DNA from: Octopus vulgaris
Taxonomy: Eukaryota
NCBI GenBank assembly: GCA_951406725.2
Contig: OX597817.1
Coordinates: 40,734,001 to 40,798,000 of the forward strand
Direction: 5' to 3'
DNA: 64,000 nt
Below, piece after piece: positions 12,160 to 25,457 of this stretch. The translations under genes and the position numbers were made by a program. Below the pieces are notes generated by a model, which was not told where the DNA came from, did not search any database, and saw only the letters and a program-made list of their open reading frames with translations. Position 1 is the first letter of the stretch. Every line of letters begins with the position of its first letter.

Positions 12160-13414
12160 AATTGAGATAGGGGTTGTAAATGCAACCCTCCATGTGATAA
12201 CATATATCCAATATATTGCTAGTGAAGTACCCAACAAAGTTAATGCATAAATGTTAAGAATTGCGATGCAATTAATTCATTTACTGTATTATACGGGCAA
12301 AGGTAAAATGTTTTACCACAAATTCATAATACAAAATAATAAAATGGAGAAATACATCCAAATCAAATATCAATTACTAGATAATACCCAATCACATACT
12401 TTATTAAACCACCACATAAGAAACTTTAAGGACAAACATAATAATGTAGAACAAAACAGTGTACATAAAGGAGTGTACATAAAGGAGTAATGTTATACAA
12501 TAAGTACAATATGTATAAGAGAATATAAGTAAATATAGATATAAATATAGACTACATCTTACAGCTGTTTCAGCCATGCAGATAAGTATGTCTCATTTTA
12601 CTTATATTAGCCATTTATGGTAGGTCAATATGTAGTTATAAATGAGACATTTACAAAAATATCCTAAGGCCTCTTTGGAGATTATGTGATACAAATCAGA
12701 TTACATACACGCTTATATAGGTGTGGGTACATAACCATAATAAAACATATACATATACATATGAGTGCATATACTCATACTCTTATACATATAAATATAC
12801 ATACACATAATGATATAAATAATATAAATCAATAAACATACTTATGTTCCACATTCAATGTTACAGTTTTTCAACTTAATATTGTGATAATTACAATGTA
12901 GAAAAACATACACATATTAATACTTAAATGCAGATATACAGAGTCAAGAGTACATTATATTAATTCTTAACAATTTCCAAAATGTCATTAATGTTAGCAT
13001 CATTATCATTGTCATTACCACTAATGCTACCAATATCATCATTCATATTATTATTAATAACGCTAATACTAGAAAAACAATATATAGATTCCATTATTAG
13101 CAATATAGTCACAATAGTACTACAATACCATGCAAAGTGTTAAATATCTGCATATACATACGAAATAAAAGCATTCTGTGTACACGACATTAAGATTCAC
13201 AGGTGCACAGATGTACTTCCGAGTTCAGATTCATAATTTCCATTGTGACACAAATACACTATTACTTTCAGAAATAGTTACGAATCTAGCGCTAAAATAT
13301 GATTGGCTTGTGGATTTGAATTTAAATTACCATTGTCTTCTTTACGGTTGGTTTGTTGAGAGCGTTACATTTCTACTAAACTAGCTTAGGCATGGGAAAA
13401 ACTATACCAACATT

Positions 13415-13450
<36 letters not shown>

Positions 13451-16400
13451 GAAGCACATCCGCACATATACATAAACATATACACTCTCATGCACTGTGT
13501 CTGCAAACATTCGCATATACTTATATACACATTTAAATATGCATTTGCGTACTTATACGTATAAGAAAATCATATACATATATATCCAACCATGAATATA
13601 CATATCCATACAAAAACATACATACACATATATATATACATATGAATACATTTCGACATATCCACATATATTTACTAAATTACAAAATATATGTCTGTCA
13701 TCAAATGGCGTATAGATAAACCAGCACAGGCAGGGAAATCTATAGCAACGTTTATACACTCACACGCATACTCACACGCACATCTGCACATATCTATAAA
13801 CATTTATACACTCTCATACTCTGTGTCTGCAAACATTCGCATATACATATTTAAATATATTTCTGCGCACTCATACGTATAAGAAAAACATATATATATC
13901 CACTCATGAATACACATATACATACAAAAACATACATACACATTCATATACATATGAACACTTTTAGACCTATAGACATTAATACACTCTCATGTACTGT
14001 GTCTGCAAGTATTCGCATATACATATATACATATTTAAAAACGTACTTGCATTCTCATATGCATAAGAAAAACATATACATATATATCCATCTATGAACA
14101 TACATATACATACATACACATACATATACATATGAACACATTTCGACATATCCACCTATATTTACTAAATTACAAAAATATATGTCTGCCCATCAAAGGA
14201 CGTATACATACATATACAATAAGTAAACAGAAATTACTATTAATTAAGATATAAGTAAATTAATTATAAATTAAATTAATTATAAATTAATAAGTGCCAA
14301 AAAAAAGAAGAATGAATGAATAAATAAATAAATAAATAAATAAATGAATAAAAATACAAATAAAAATAAATAAATAAATAAATAATTAAATAAATAAATA
14401 AATAAATAGAAATACATATATATATATATATATATAATTAATTAATAAGGGTGAGAGAATTAGATACTAATTTAATAGTATATCTATTCAACACCAAGTG
14501 GCCTAGTGCTCCGAGAAACCTGGATTATTATAATATTTTATAATATTTTATAATATTTTATATGTATAGATAAATAGATAAATAAAATAAAATACAAATT
14601 AAGATGAGTACAAAGATAAACTTAATATATGAGGCTGCCAAACAAATACATGCAAAAAACTTATATGCTCATCGAAATAAACAACATATACTAATTATAG
14701 ACTCACATTTGTTACATATTGGTATAACAAAAACCCAAACCAGTGCCCTAAGATATGATGCGCATATACACCCTACACCCATAAAAGACTATATATCAGA
14801 ATAACTATATATTTCAGTATATTTTTCAAGTCGGGACAATAACAATCAATATAGAACATATATGGAGATACAAAATTATAAATTATAAGGACCAATAGTA
14901 CAGTCCTATATAGAGGAATGTTAAAAGATTACTGGTAGAAAAAGTACGTGTTATTTAAATCTAGAGAAAGTATATGCTAATTTGTGAAGGCAAAAAAAAA
15001 TTCGCTCGTTAATGTTATTAATAATGGGTAGGCCAGCCTTGATGATGAAGAAAATTTCATTGATACATAAAGAACATTTTTTATTTCTATCAATATGCAT
15101 GATATTCTGATCTTCACAGAGTCTATTATGGGTGTAGGGTGTATATGCGCATCATATCTTAGGGCACTGGTTTGGGTTTTTGTTATACCAATATGTAACA
15201 AATGTGAGTCTATAATTAGTATACGTTGTTTATTTCGATGAGCATATAAGTTTTTTGCATGTATTTGTTTGGCAGCCTCATATATTAAGTTTATCTTTGT
15301 ACTCATCTTAATTTGTATTTTATTTTATTTATCTATTTATTTATACATAGATATATATATATATATATATTTCTATTTATTTATTTATTTAATTATTTAT
15401 TTATTTATTTATTTATTCATTCATCCTTCTTTTTTTTGGCACTTATTAATTTATAATTAATTTAATTTATAATTAATTTACTTATATCTTAATTAATAGT
15501 AATTTCTGTTTACTTATTGTGTATGTATGTATACGTCCTTTGATGGGCAGACATATATTTTGTAATTTAGTAAATATAGGTGGATATGTCGAAATGTGTT
15601 CATATGTATATGTATATGTATGTGTATGTTGGTATAGTTTTTCCCATGCCTAAGCTAGTTTAGTAGAAATGTAACGCTCTCAACAAACCAACCGTAAAGA
15701 AGACAATGGTAATTTAAATTCAAATCCACAAGCCAATCATATTTTAGCGCTAGATTCGTAACTATTTCTGAAAGTAATAGTGTATTTGTGTCACAATGGA
15801 AATTATGAATCTGAACTCGGAAGTACATCTGTGCACCTGTGAATCTTAATGTCATGTACACAGAATGCTTTTATTTCGTATGTATATGCAGATATTTAAC
15901 ACTTTGCATGGTATTGTAGTACTATTGTGACTATATTGCTAATAATGGAATCTATATATTGTTTTTCTAGTATTAGCGTTATTAATAATAATATGAATGA
16001 TGATATTGGTAGCATTAGTGGTAATGACAATGATAATGATGCTAACATTAATGACATTTTGGAAATTGTTAAGAATTAATATAATGTACTCTTGACTCTG
16101 TATATCTGCATTTAAGTATTAATATGTGTATGTTTTTCTACATTGTAATTATCACAATATTAAGTTGAAAAACTGTAACATTGAATGTGGAACATAAGTA
16201 TGTTTATTGATTTATATTATTTATATCCTTATGTATATGTATATTTATATGTATAGGAGTATGAGTATATGCACTCATATGTATATGTATATGTTTTATT
16301 ATGGGTATGTACCCACACCTATATAAGTGTGTATGTAATCTGATTTGTATCACATAATCTCCAAAGAGGCCTTAGGATATTTTTGTAAATGTCTCATTTA

Positions 16401-16705
16401 TAACTGCATATTGACCTACCATAAATGGCTAATATAAGTAAAATGAGACATACTTATCTGCATGGCCGAAACAGCTGTAAGATGTAGTCTATATTTATAT
16501 TTATTTATATTTATATTCTCTTATATATATTGTACTTATTGTATAACATTACTCCTTTATGTACACTCCTTTATGTACACTGTTTTGTTCTACATTATTA
16601 TGTTTGTCCTTAAAGTTTCTTATGTGGTGGTTTAATAAAGTATGTGATTGGGTATTATCTGGTAATTGATATTTGATTTGGATGTATTTCTCCATTTTCT
16701 TATTT

Positions 16706-16710
<5 letters not shown>
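12157..16710 (-). mobile_element. 5'-truncated Penelope-like retroelement with inverted pseudo-LTR (large fold-back), inserted in (TA)n
   Basis: Inverted arms 12329-14790 and 15120-16710. The spacer encodes MHIDRNKKCSLCINEIFFIIKAGLPIINNINERIFFCLHKLAYTFSRFK* (15100-14951, -), a PLE-type CxLC..E...N...C-x-H C-terminus. Each arm has a hammerhead-like motif; (TA)n at both ends. Confidence 0.8.
16357..16483 (+). ncRNA. Hammerhead-like motif with variant core and extended stem II (mirror copy at 12556-12682, -)
   Basis: ATCT-CCAAAGA-GGCC-[~90 nt incl. ATGTCTCATTT/AAATGAGACAT hairpin]-GGCC-GAAAC-AGCT-GTA-AGAT. The core deviates from CUGANGA at two positions. Confidence 0.55.
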
Positions 16711-16745
<35 letters not shown>

Positions 16746-17365
16746 ATGCATATGTATTGCAGTGCAAGCATGGTTGTATGGTTAAGAAGTTAGCTTCCCA
16801 ACCATGTGGTTTCGAGTTCAGTCCCATTTACATTGCTTTAGGTAAGTGTCTTCTGTTGTAGCCTCATGATGGTCAAAGCTTTGTGAGTAGATTTGGTAGA
16901 AAGAAACTGAAACAAGCCCGTTGTATATGTGTGAGTGATGCATGTGTTTGTGTCTTGTTTTCTTGACATTATGAACAGGTGACACCATCATGAAAGTGAT
17001 ACCATTCATTTCCAGTCTAGCATGAAAACAAGTCTAGCCAAGGAGAAATATTACCTTATTTGGAAACAGGCAAGGTTTGGCAACAAGAAAGGCACCCAAT
17101 TCTAAATAATATGTCTTGATGGATTCCATCTGACCCATGCAAACATGAAGGTGGAGGCATCAATCCGATGCTGGTGGATATTTAGAAGACAGTAAGGAAT
17201 TAAAGACATGACAGAAAATTGAGGAGATATAATTGAACGAATAAATAAATGACATTAAAGTCCCACTCTCACATGATTGGCCAAGTGACGTGTATGTGAA
17301 ATGGTTAGCACGAAGAGAAAAATTAATTTAGAAAGTGCCTCATTTTTGTTTTTCTATTTTATTAG

Positions 17366-17427
17366 GTTATTTTAGTTGCTATAACAAGTGCAAGCGAAAT
17401 GAAAGCTTCATCAAATCTTTATAGAAG
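17366..17427 (+). CDS. SORT1: Sortilin exon B: VILVAITSASEMKASSNLYR(S)
   Basis: attag acceptor, gtaata donor, phase 0/2. Matches sortilin VILVLTT...QSKLYRS. Confidence 0.88.
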
Positions 17428-17527
17428 GTAATAAAGCAACTTCATTTTTTAATTTTATATTGATTTGTGTGTGCTCAATGAGTTAATAATGTAAAGTAAT
17501 TGCCATATGTTTATGTTTTACATAGTG

Positions 17528-17560
<33 letters not shown>

Positions 17561-18494
17561 GAATAACTCTCTCAACTGTAGGTATCACTTTAGGGCTTTA
17601 GGTGATCATGACTCGTGTTGGTGCCTTGAAAGACAATCACCCAGTACACTCTGTAAAATGGTTGGTGTTTGGAAAGGCATCCAAGTGTAGAAACCATGTG
17701 AAAGAAGAAACTGGTGCATGACACAGTCCTCTGTCTCTATCAGACCCTATCAAATGGTGCAACCCCTATCAGCATAAAAGCCAGATGTCAAATGGTGATG
17801 ATGGTGCATAAAATGTTGACATCCCATGGCTTTACTTGAGAGAAACTGTGATATGTTTACATTCATAGTTAATGTTGTGTAGTGAGCTGGCAGAATTGTT
17901 AGAACCTCAGGCAAAATGCTTAGTGGCATTTCACGTTTGAGTTCAAACCTCTGCAGAGGTTGACTTTGCTTTTCAACCTTTTGGAGTCAATGAAATAAGT
18001 ACCAGTCAAGCACTAGTGTCAATAATATTGACTAACCTCTTCCCACAAAATTACAAGCCTTGTGCCTACATCATCATCATCATCATCGTTTAACGTCTGT
18101 TTTCTATGCTAGCATGAAAAGAAAATTATGACTAATCACTCTGAAAAACAGGTCAGGATTATTGACAGGAAGAGCATTCAGCTAAAAATTCTGCCTCAAT
18201 AACATTCCCAGACAACCTATGGGAAAACAGATATTCAACAAAGAAATTAATTCAAAAGTATTTTATTTCTAGCTTTTTTTTCATGTAACAAGAGCTATGG
18301 CTGCAGTTTTTGTTGACTAAGACTATGATCTGTTTCTCTTTACTCTACTGACTCTATTTCTTAAAAAATGTTCATTATACTGATCAGTATATTCCCAGTA
18401 ATATCATTGTTGAATATTGTTTAAAGAAGAGCAATGCCTTCGTGATCAGTTATTTATCTAGACTGGACAAGATTAATTATGAGCAGGTTGTTGC

Positions 18495-18900
18495 AGACAT
18501 GGCTGTGTGGCTAAGACGTTTGCTTCTCAATCACATAGTTTCAAGTTCAGTTCTTCTGCATATCTTGGGCATGTATCTTCTACTATGACTCTGGGCCAAC
18601 TAAAGCCCCTCGTGAGTGGATTTGATAGACAGAAACTGAAAGAAGCCTGTCACATATGTATGTAGATGTGTGTTTGTGTCTCCTTGTCTTGACATTGCAT
18701 GATAGTTGTAAATGGTTTTCAGTATCATTCGTTTCCAATTGTCTGTGTAAACATATCATGCCATAGGGAAATGTTATTTGACTTAGTAACCGGTAAGAAC
18801 TGGCAACAAGAAAGACATTTGACAGCAGAAATCTGCTTCAATATACTAGACTCCATCCATGCAAGCATGAAGTGGTGGACATAAAAACAATTATGATGAT
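18495..18900 (+). mobile_element. SINE A head/core with RTE-type 3' tail
   Basis: Family A head, then ...catccatgcaagcatgaagtggtggacataaaaacaattatgatgat. Similar copies at 16765-17160 and 45078-45470. Confidence 0.7.
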
Positions 18901-19994
18901 TTTGATAACCATTTATCTCTTTCTCCTTAAAGTCATTAAGATAAATAGTTTCAAACATTTATTTCAATGTGTTCACCCTACTAGGCTTGTCAGTCATAAG
19001 TATTTCCTTCTGTAGACCTATGGCAGTGGTTTGTTTAACCAGAACTTTAAGTATCCCACAACAATAACAAAAGAGTTTAACAATACACATTCTATTTACA
19101 AATAGGAAGGAAAATATTAATTGTTAAAACAAAACAGGCTTTAAGTCTAAAGATAATCTTTACACTTAAAGCCTGTTTGATTTTGTCTAAATTTTTGTTG
19201 AATGAAAAAATATTTAGAAAGATGGCTGAATAAAGACACAATTGCTGAATTCTTTTACTGGTCTGTATTGTTATTCTATGAAAAGTTTTGTAATTCTTAA
19301 TCAGCTGCATGCCATATTGAGCCTTATGGCTTTTAAGCTTGAGACTGAATTGTTTATCATAGATACTTGATTTAGTTTAAATTTTGACAGCCTTCCACAG
19401 TTTACAAGCTGGTGTTTATCTCATTAACTGATGAGAGATAAAAAGTCAAGTCAATATCAGCAAGACATGCAAATAGTTCAGCTTACTTTGTCTTTCAGTT
19501 TTTCTCCCATGAAACCATGACTTAGCACATAATCTTTGTGTTTGAATGTCCATGGAGGATTCACCATATGACTATTTGTATATCTTCTTTTCTTAACACC
19601 AAGTATTGATGCAAGTTGAACCACTATTTTAAAAAGGTCTATTCATTACCTTGGAGTTCCTATATAGTATACAAATTGAAACATTTTGTATTTAATTTCT
19701 TAATATTTATTAACAAGAGAAGATGGTGAGCTGGCAGAATTGTTAGCATGCTGGTTAAAATGCTTAGCAACATTTCATCTATCTTTTTGTTCTGAGTTCA
19801 AATTCTGCTGAGGTTGACTTTGCCTTTCATCCTTTTGGGGTCAATAAAATAAGTACCAGTTGAGCACTGGGGTTGATGTAATTGACTTAACCCCTCCCTT
19901 GAAATTGCTGGCCTTTTACCAAAAATTTGAAACTAATATTTGTTAATGAGGAAATTTTTCAATGCTAGCTGCTATTTCAATGCCATAAGCTATA

Positions 19995-20138
19995 CTGTAT
20001 TTACTTGCGTATAAGTTGCATTATTTTATACTTGATTTTTACTGGAAAAAACTGGGGTCCTATACATGAAGGAAAAACTTTTTGTACCAGGATTTCACAC
20101 TAAGTTAGGGATGTGACTTATACACAAGTAAAATACAG
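19995..20138. mobile_element. pogo/Tigger-like MITE
   Basis: TA flanks; TIRs ctgtatttacttgcgtataag / cttatacacaagtaaaatacag. A second, inverted copy lies at ~33568-33716. Confidence 0.75.
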
Positions 20139-20241
20139 TATATATAGTTGTTTGATATTAGATATATGTGTTTATCTTGTTGATAGAAAGTTTTCTGTTT
20201 TAACTTGTCTCTAACTGCTACTTGTTAAATTTAATTTACAG

Positions 20242-20344
20242 TGACCCTTTTGGAGGAAATTTTAAAGAGATTAGTTCATTGTTGGAAAATGATATTATCA
20301 GAAAGCTCAATGGTTTGCAGCAGCATAAGTCCAATAGGAAAAAG
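20242..20344 (+). CDS. SORT1: Sortilin exon C: (S)DPFGGNFKEISSLLENDIIRKLNGLQQHKSNRKK
   Basis: ttacag acceptor, gtgata donor, 103 nt, phase 2/0. Matches [20 protein letters not shown]...GK. Confidence 0.88.
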
Positions 20345-20506
20345 GTGATATTCCTACCCTTTTGCATATAGTTTTCTCTCTTTCACCACTTTCTTTTTTC
20401 TAACATTTATTCGCTCTCTTCTTTTTCACTGTACTGTTTCTCTTTCCCGCTGCTACTATAAGATATATAAATTTAACACTATGGAACTTCTTCTTTCTTA
20501 TTTCAG

Positions 20507-20656
20507 ATCTATGTTATTACCTACTCTAACTTATTTATCACTGAAGATGGTGGCAAGAGTTTTACAAAAGCACCATTGAATTTTAACCTGGATGGTTCAT
20601 TGGTATTTAATGACATCAGTGAAAACCACATACTGACTAGAGAGTCTGAGAAAAAG
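20507..20656 (+). CDS. SORT1: Sortilin exon D: IYVITYSNLFITEDGGKSFTKAPLNFNLDGSLVFNDISENHILTRESEKK
   Basis: tttcag acceptor, gtatgt donor, 150 nt. Contains the Asp-box (T-x-D-G-G-x-S-F). Confidence 0.92.
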
Positions 20657-21269
20657 GTATGTAAGAGTCAGTTTATGATTATGCATTAGTTTAGCTGGAA
20701 CATTCAATTCCATCCCATAAGAGGTACTGGTATTTATTTTCTATTTCTATTTGTCTCTTATTAAAGAGTTTCATTGTTATTCATTGAATTATATTATTGG
20801 ACCATCTATTTTTATTACTCAATCAGTATTTAGTATAGCTAGTCTCAGAATTTCCTTTTTAATGTTCCAAGTACCCACCTCCTCTTCTTGGTTTCTTCAT
20901 CAAAAGGTAAAGTAATGTGTGTTGCAAAGGAACAAACTTATATTATTAGTTAATGAAGAAAAGGCAGTTCTTTTGGATGGAACAGGATCAACTTAATTGG
21001 TTACAGTCAGTGTAAGTTAATCTCAGATTTGAATTGTTGCAGATTATTGACTGGAGATAAAAATGTGGGCCAGATGGGTGTCCCAGAGACACTCAGATCT
21101 GGAAAATACTAATTAGGCAAATTATCTCTGTATAGAATTAATATAAGTGAGATGAAGAGGGTGAACCCAAGTGTCCGTGGTTTATGGTTAGTGTACTGTC
21201 CTAATATATTCTAATTCCCAATACATCAAGCTAAGTGAAATCATAGTTGTGGCCAGTGCTAATGATATA

Positions 21270-21460
21270 TGAAAGGCACCCATGCTGGTGAAATGTAAAA
21301 GGCACCTGTGCCAGTGACATAAATGGTACTTGTGCTAGTGACACGTAAAAGGCTCCCATGTCAGTGGCACATGAAAGGCACCTGTGCTGGCGACACATAA
21401 AAGGCACCCATGCTGATGTGTAACAGGTACCGTTGCTGGTGATGCATATAAGACGCACAG
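21270..21460 (+). repeat. Degenerate ~25-bp minisatellite inside an RTE 3' UTR copy
   Basis: About 7 units of aaaggcacc(c/t)(a/g)tgc(t/c)(g/a)gtg(g/a)cac(g/a)t. Confidence 0.7.
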
Positions 21461-21978
21461 TACACTCTGTGGAGTGGTTGGAGTTTGGAATGGGCATCCA
21501 GCTGTAGAAACTAAACCAAAACAAACTGGAGCTTGGCACAGCTCTCCACCTTACCAGCTCCAGTCAAACCATCTTATCCATGCCAACATGGAAAACGGAT
21601 GCTAAATGATGATGATTTGCACTTTGTAAACAGAAAAGAAAGTTAGCTGCTGTCATGGTTTCCACTTACAGTAAAAGGACAATACTGATTTGCAATCAGG
21701 TGGAATATGCTTGCTGAAGAAATGTTGAGAGTCAGTGGTGGGATGTACAGTAAAGATATGGGGAGAAATTTAAATAGGCTAGACCCAGTTATAGTAAGTT
21801 GATCTGATGAGATGATGCAGGTAGAAATGTATTCAGTAAAGAGAACTGTATTTTGTGATCGGTCTAAAAGGTTTACTTTCATATACTTCATATCAACTCT
21901 GGTGTGTGTATAAACAAGAGAGGGAGAAATATAAAAAAACAAAGATTGCTTTTAAAGCTTGTTCATAATTTCTTTCAG

Positions 21979-22049
21979 CAACTCCATCTTTCAAGTGACG
22001 GTGGAAGGAAATGGAAACCTATTGCTTCAAATGTTAATCTATTTTTTTG
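21979..22049 (+). CDS. SORT1: Sortilin exon E: QLHLSSDGGRKWKPIASNVNLFF(W)
   Basis: tttcag acceptor, gtaagc donor, phase 0/2. Asp-box SSDGGRKW. Confidence 0.92.
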
Positions 22050-23689
22050 GTAAGCATTTTTTCTATTTGTTTTGTTTCTCCTGCACTTGTTGATCAAAAT
22101 TCTTATCAACAAACATCCCTCTTTCTATACTTCTGGCCACCTCACTAACCACCTCAGCCTCTCATTATTGACATCCATGGCACTCTTTTACTTCCAAGCA
22201 TTTCCATAACTATCTATCACTTGCTCTTCTCTCTTGTCAGCAAACATTTCACTTCCATTGGTATCTTTCCTCAATGACCTCTGCTATCACTGTTTCTCTC
22301 ATTTCTCCCTCCTCTTCCATACTGTTACACCACTCACTTTTATTTTCTCTTCTTTCTATCTCACCTGACTTTATTTTCTACAAACACTTTTTCTCCTCAA
22401 TCCATTGGTCGAGTGACAGCATTGAGCAATGAGGACTGTTTTGTCTTAAGGGCTGGTGTCAGAATAAAATGCACCCTGTACACTTTATGAAGTGGCTGTG
22501 GAACAAATGGAAAAAATGTGGGGCCAAGAAGACCCTTCAGTCATGTCTTGTTGAGGATATAACAACTTCTGATGCTAATAGAATACACTCAGTACATGCT
22601 GTAAAGTGATTGGTGGTATGAAGGACATCTAGTGTTAGAGGCCATGCCAAAAATGAAATGCATGATTGAAACATAGCCATCCAACTCACCTAGGAAGACA
22701 TTAACAACAAATAAGAACTGATTCAGATCATGTTGACCAGTGCAGCCCATGCCAACATGAGAAGTGAACATAAAATTATATTGCTGGTGGTGATGGTCAC
22801 GGCGGCAGTGAGGAGGAGTATAAAAATCTACTGCAATCATATTTGAAAGTAGAGGGACAGAAAATATACCTTGTGCTATTTAATTATGTCTCTCTATAAA
22901 GTGAGTATAAAGTATCCTGGGGGTTCTTTTTGTCTATAATTTTTTATGGGATCAACAAAATAAAGTACCAGCTAAGTACTGGGTGTCATTTCATTCAACT
23001 GTACTTCTCTCAGAATATTTCATGGCTTTGTGCAACTGTTAGAAATTATGAAGTTTGCTTTGTGACCACAAGGTTTCAGGTTCAGTCCCACTGCATGGTA
23101 CCTTGGGCAAGTATCCTTGACTACAGACCCAGCTCAACCAAAGCCTTGAGAGTAGATTTGTTAGAGACAGAAACTGAAAGAAGCCCATCATGTGTGTGTG
23201 TCTTTCTCTCTCTCTCCCTCCCTCTCTCTATCTATCTATCTCTTTCTCTCTCTCTCTATCTATATAGATATATATATCTATACATATAGATATATATATA
23301 TATATATATATCTATATGTAGCATTCTTGTTGCAAAAACAAAGAAGTGTGGGTTCGAGTCCCACGTGTACAGGAAAACTTACTTTTTCTGTCAAGGGCTT
23401 ATATGCCCCATTATTAGGCTATTTTCTTTAGTCATTGCACGGTGATCGCTTATAAGCTTATAAAATACTATTATTATTATTTACAGAATTGTAAAAATTT
23501 ATGCTGCTTAACAAAAACCATATATATATAAATATAATATAGGCAATACCATTCATTTCTAATCTTCCATGAAAACATGTCTGGCCAAGGTGAAATATTA
23601 CCTTGCTTGGAAAGAGGTGGGAGTTGAATTCTGTCCAACCCCTGCAACTATGGAAAAATAAGCATTATGACAATGTTGATATATATATA

Positions 23690-23990
23690 CTCTTTTACTT
23701 GTTTCAGTCTTTTGACTGCGGACATGCTGGAGCACCGCCTTTAATCAAGCAACTCAACCCCGGGACTTGTTCTTTTGTAAGCCCAGTACTTATTCTATCG
23801 GTCTCTTTTGCCGAACCGCTAAGTAACGGGACATAAACACACCAGCATCGGTTGTCAAGCAATGCTAGGGGGACAAACACGCACACGCATATATATACAT
23901 ATATACGACGGGCTTGTTATAATTTCTGTCTACCAAATCCACTCACAAGGCTTTGGTCGGCCCGAGGCTATAGTAGAAGACACTTGCCCA
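23690..23990 (-). mobile_element. SINE A (CR1-like tail), 5'-truncated
   Basis: Reverse complement of the family A core and the ggcggtgctccagcatg...gactgaaacaagtaaaagag tail. Confidence 0.85.
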
Positions 23991-24090
23991 TGGTTCAAAC
24001 TATGTCATTAGTTGATAATAGCTTGCTTTAATACTAACTTGCTCTATCTAATTTTATTCTGTAATAGTTAGACTCTTTTTTCATTTACAG

Positions 24091-24161
24091 GTCAACTTCA
24101 AAACATGATAAAAGCTATACTGTCTACATATCACAGAAGAATGACTCCTATACCTCAACTT
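24091..24161 (+). CDS. SORT1: Sortilin exon F: (W)STSKHDKSYTVYISQKNDSYTST(Y)
   Basis: ttacag acceptor, gtaagt donor. Phase 2/1 bridges exons E and G in frame. Confidence 0.85.
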
Positions 24162-24892
24162 GTAAGTTTTGCATTTTAAGCTCATGTCTTCTTATTACTG
24201 GGTGTAAATAAATGCCTGTATAATATTTGTAATGTAAGATCAGAGTTTTTGATATTAACAACAATAGCTCTTCCACGCTTGAGTGATTCAATAGAAACTT
24301 GATATAATATTTTTAATGCATACTGGGGGCAGGTATAGTGGTCTTTCTCCTGGGTAAATAGTGAATCTATTTATACTGTGTTGTTGAAGCCCAAGTTAAC
24401 CATATTCAAGCTTACCTATAATCAAAAGTTTTCCAATGATGACCATCCTGTCTTCAGATAAAGCTTAACTAGGACTACATTGGACAAAAGTGTTGTTCCT
24501 TTTATAATAATAGTAGTAATAGTTTTTAATTTGGAAGATATTTGGCTGCTATTTCTAGCAAGTTGCATGACCATGTAGAAGCTCTCTCATTGATTTGAGT
24601 AGCTTGTAGAGATATACCACTGTATCTGTGCTGAATGGATGAGGAGAAAGATAGTATGTTTCATAAAAATACTTACAATGATGACAAATAATATCTGCTG
24701 CTTAATAAAATATAAGATTTTCTGTCCATACTAAGGTAAATTGCTTATAACAGTTAGTCTGTGTGTCATCATCATCATTTAATGCCTGTCTTCCATGCAA
24801 GCATGAGTTAGATAATTTGACAGGAGCTGATGAGCTAGAGGACTGCACTGAGCTTCAAAGTTTGCTTCAGCATGGTTTCTACAATTACTTTA

Positions 24893-25284
24893 TTTACTCT
24901 TTTACTTGTTTCAGTCATTTGACTGCGGCCATACTGGAGCACTGCCTTTAATCGAGCAACTCGACCCCGGGACTTATTCTTTTGTAAGCCCAGTACTTAT
25001 TCTATCGGTTCTCTTTTGCCAAACCGCTAAGTAACGGGGACATAAACACACCAGCATCGGTTGTCAAGCAATGCTAGGGGGACAAACACACACACACATA
25101 TATATACATAAACATATATACAACAGGCTTCTTTTCAGTTTCCGTCTACCAAATCCACTCACAAGGCTTTGGTTGGCCCGAGGCTATAGTAGAAGACACT
25201 TGCCCAAGGTGCCGCGCAGTGGGACTGAACCCGGAACCATGTGGTTGGTAAACAAGCTACTTACCACACAGCCACTCCTGCACC
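24893..25284 (-). mobile_element. Full-length SINE A
   Basis: Complete head, core, (TA/TG) microsatellite and tail; near-identical to the copy at 25458-25855. Confidence 0.9.
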
Positions 25285-25457
25285 CATGGGATACGCTTCC
25301 TATCATCAACCACTTTGTGCTTGTTTTCAATGTGTTGGCACTAATGAGGTTGCCAAGAATCTCACAAGACAAAACTAGACCCCTTTCACTAAGTGGGAGT
25401 GCATTCTTCATTGAAGTGGCACAAAGTGGATTCTCCTTTGTTTGCTAATAGCATTTA

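Noticed and set aside
12251-16827. Duplicated ORFs (MSTKINLIY..., MYTTLRFTG..., MEKYIQIK...) as a paralogous gene pair
   Set aside because: They are by-products of the inverted repeat arms; no recognisable protein features or splice structure.
21270-21460. CRISPR-like short repeats (also 37700-37950, 39500-39790, 49660-49850)
   Set aside because: Degenerate tandem units inside RTE 3' UTR copies in eukaryotic DNA; no repeat-spacer structure or cas genes.
23340-23372. Functional tRNA gene (also all SINE heads)
   Set aside because: Only a T-arm/B-box is recognisable; no complete cloverleaf.
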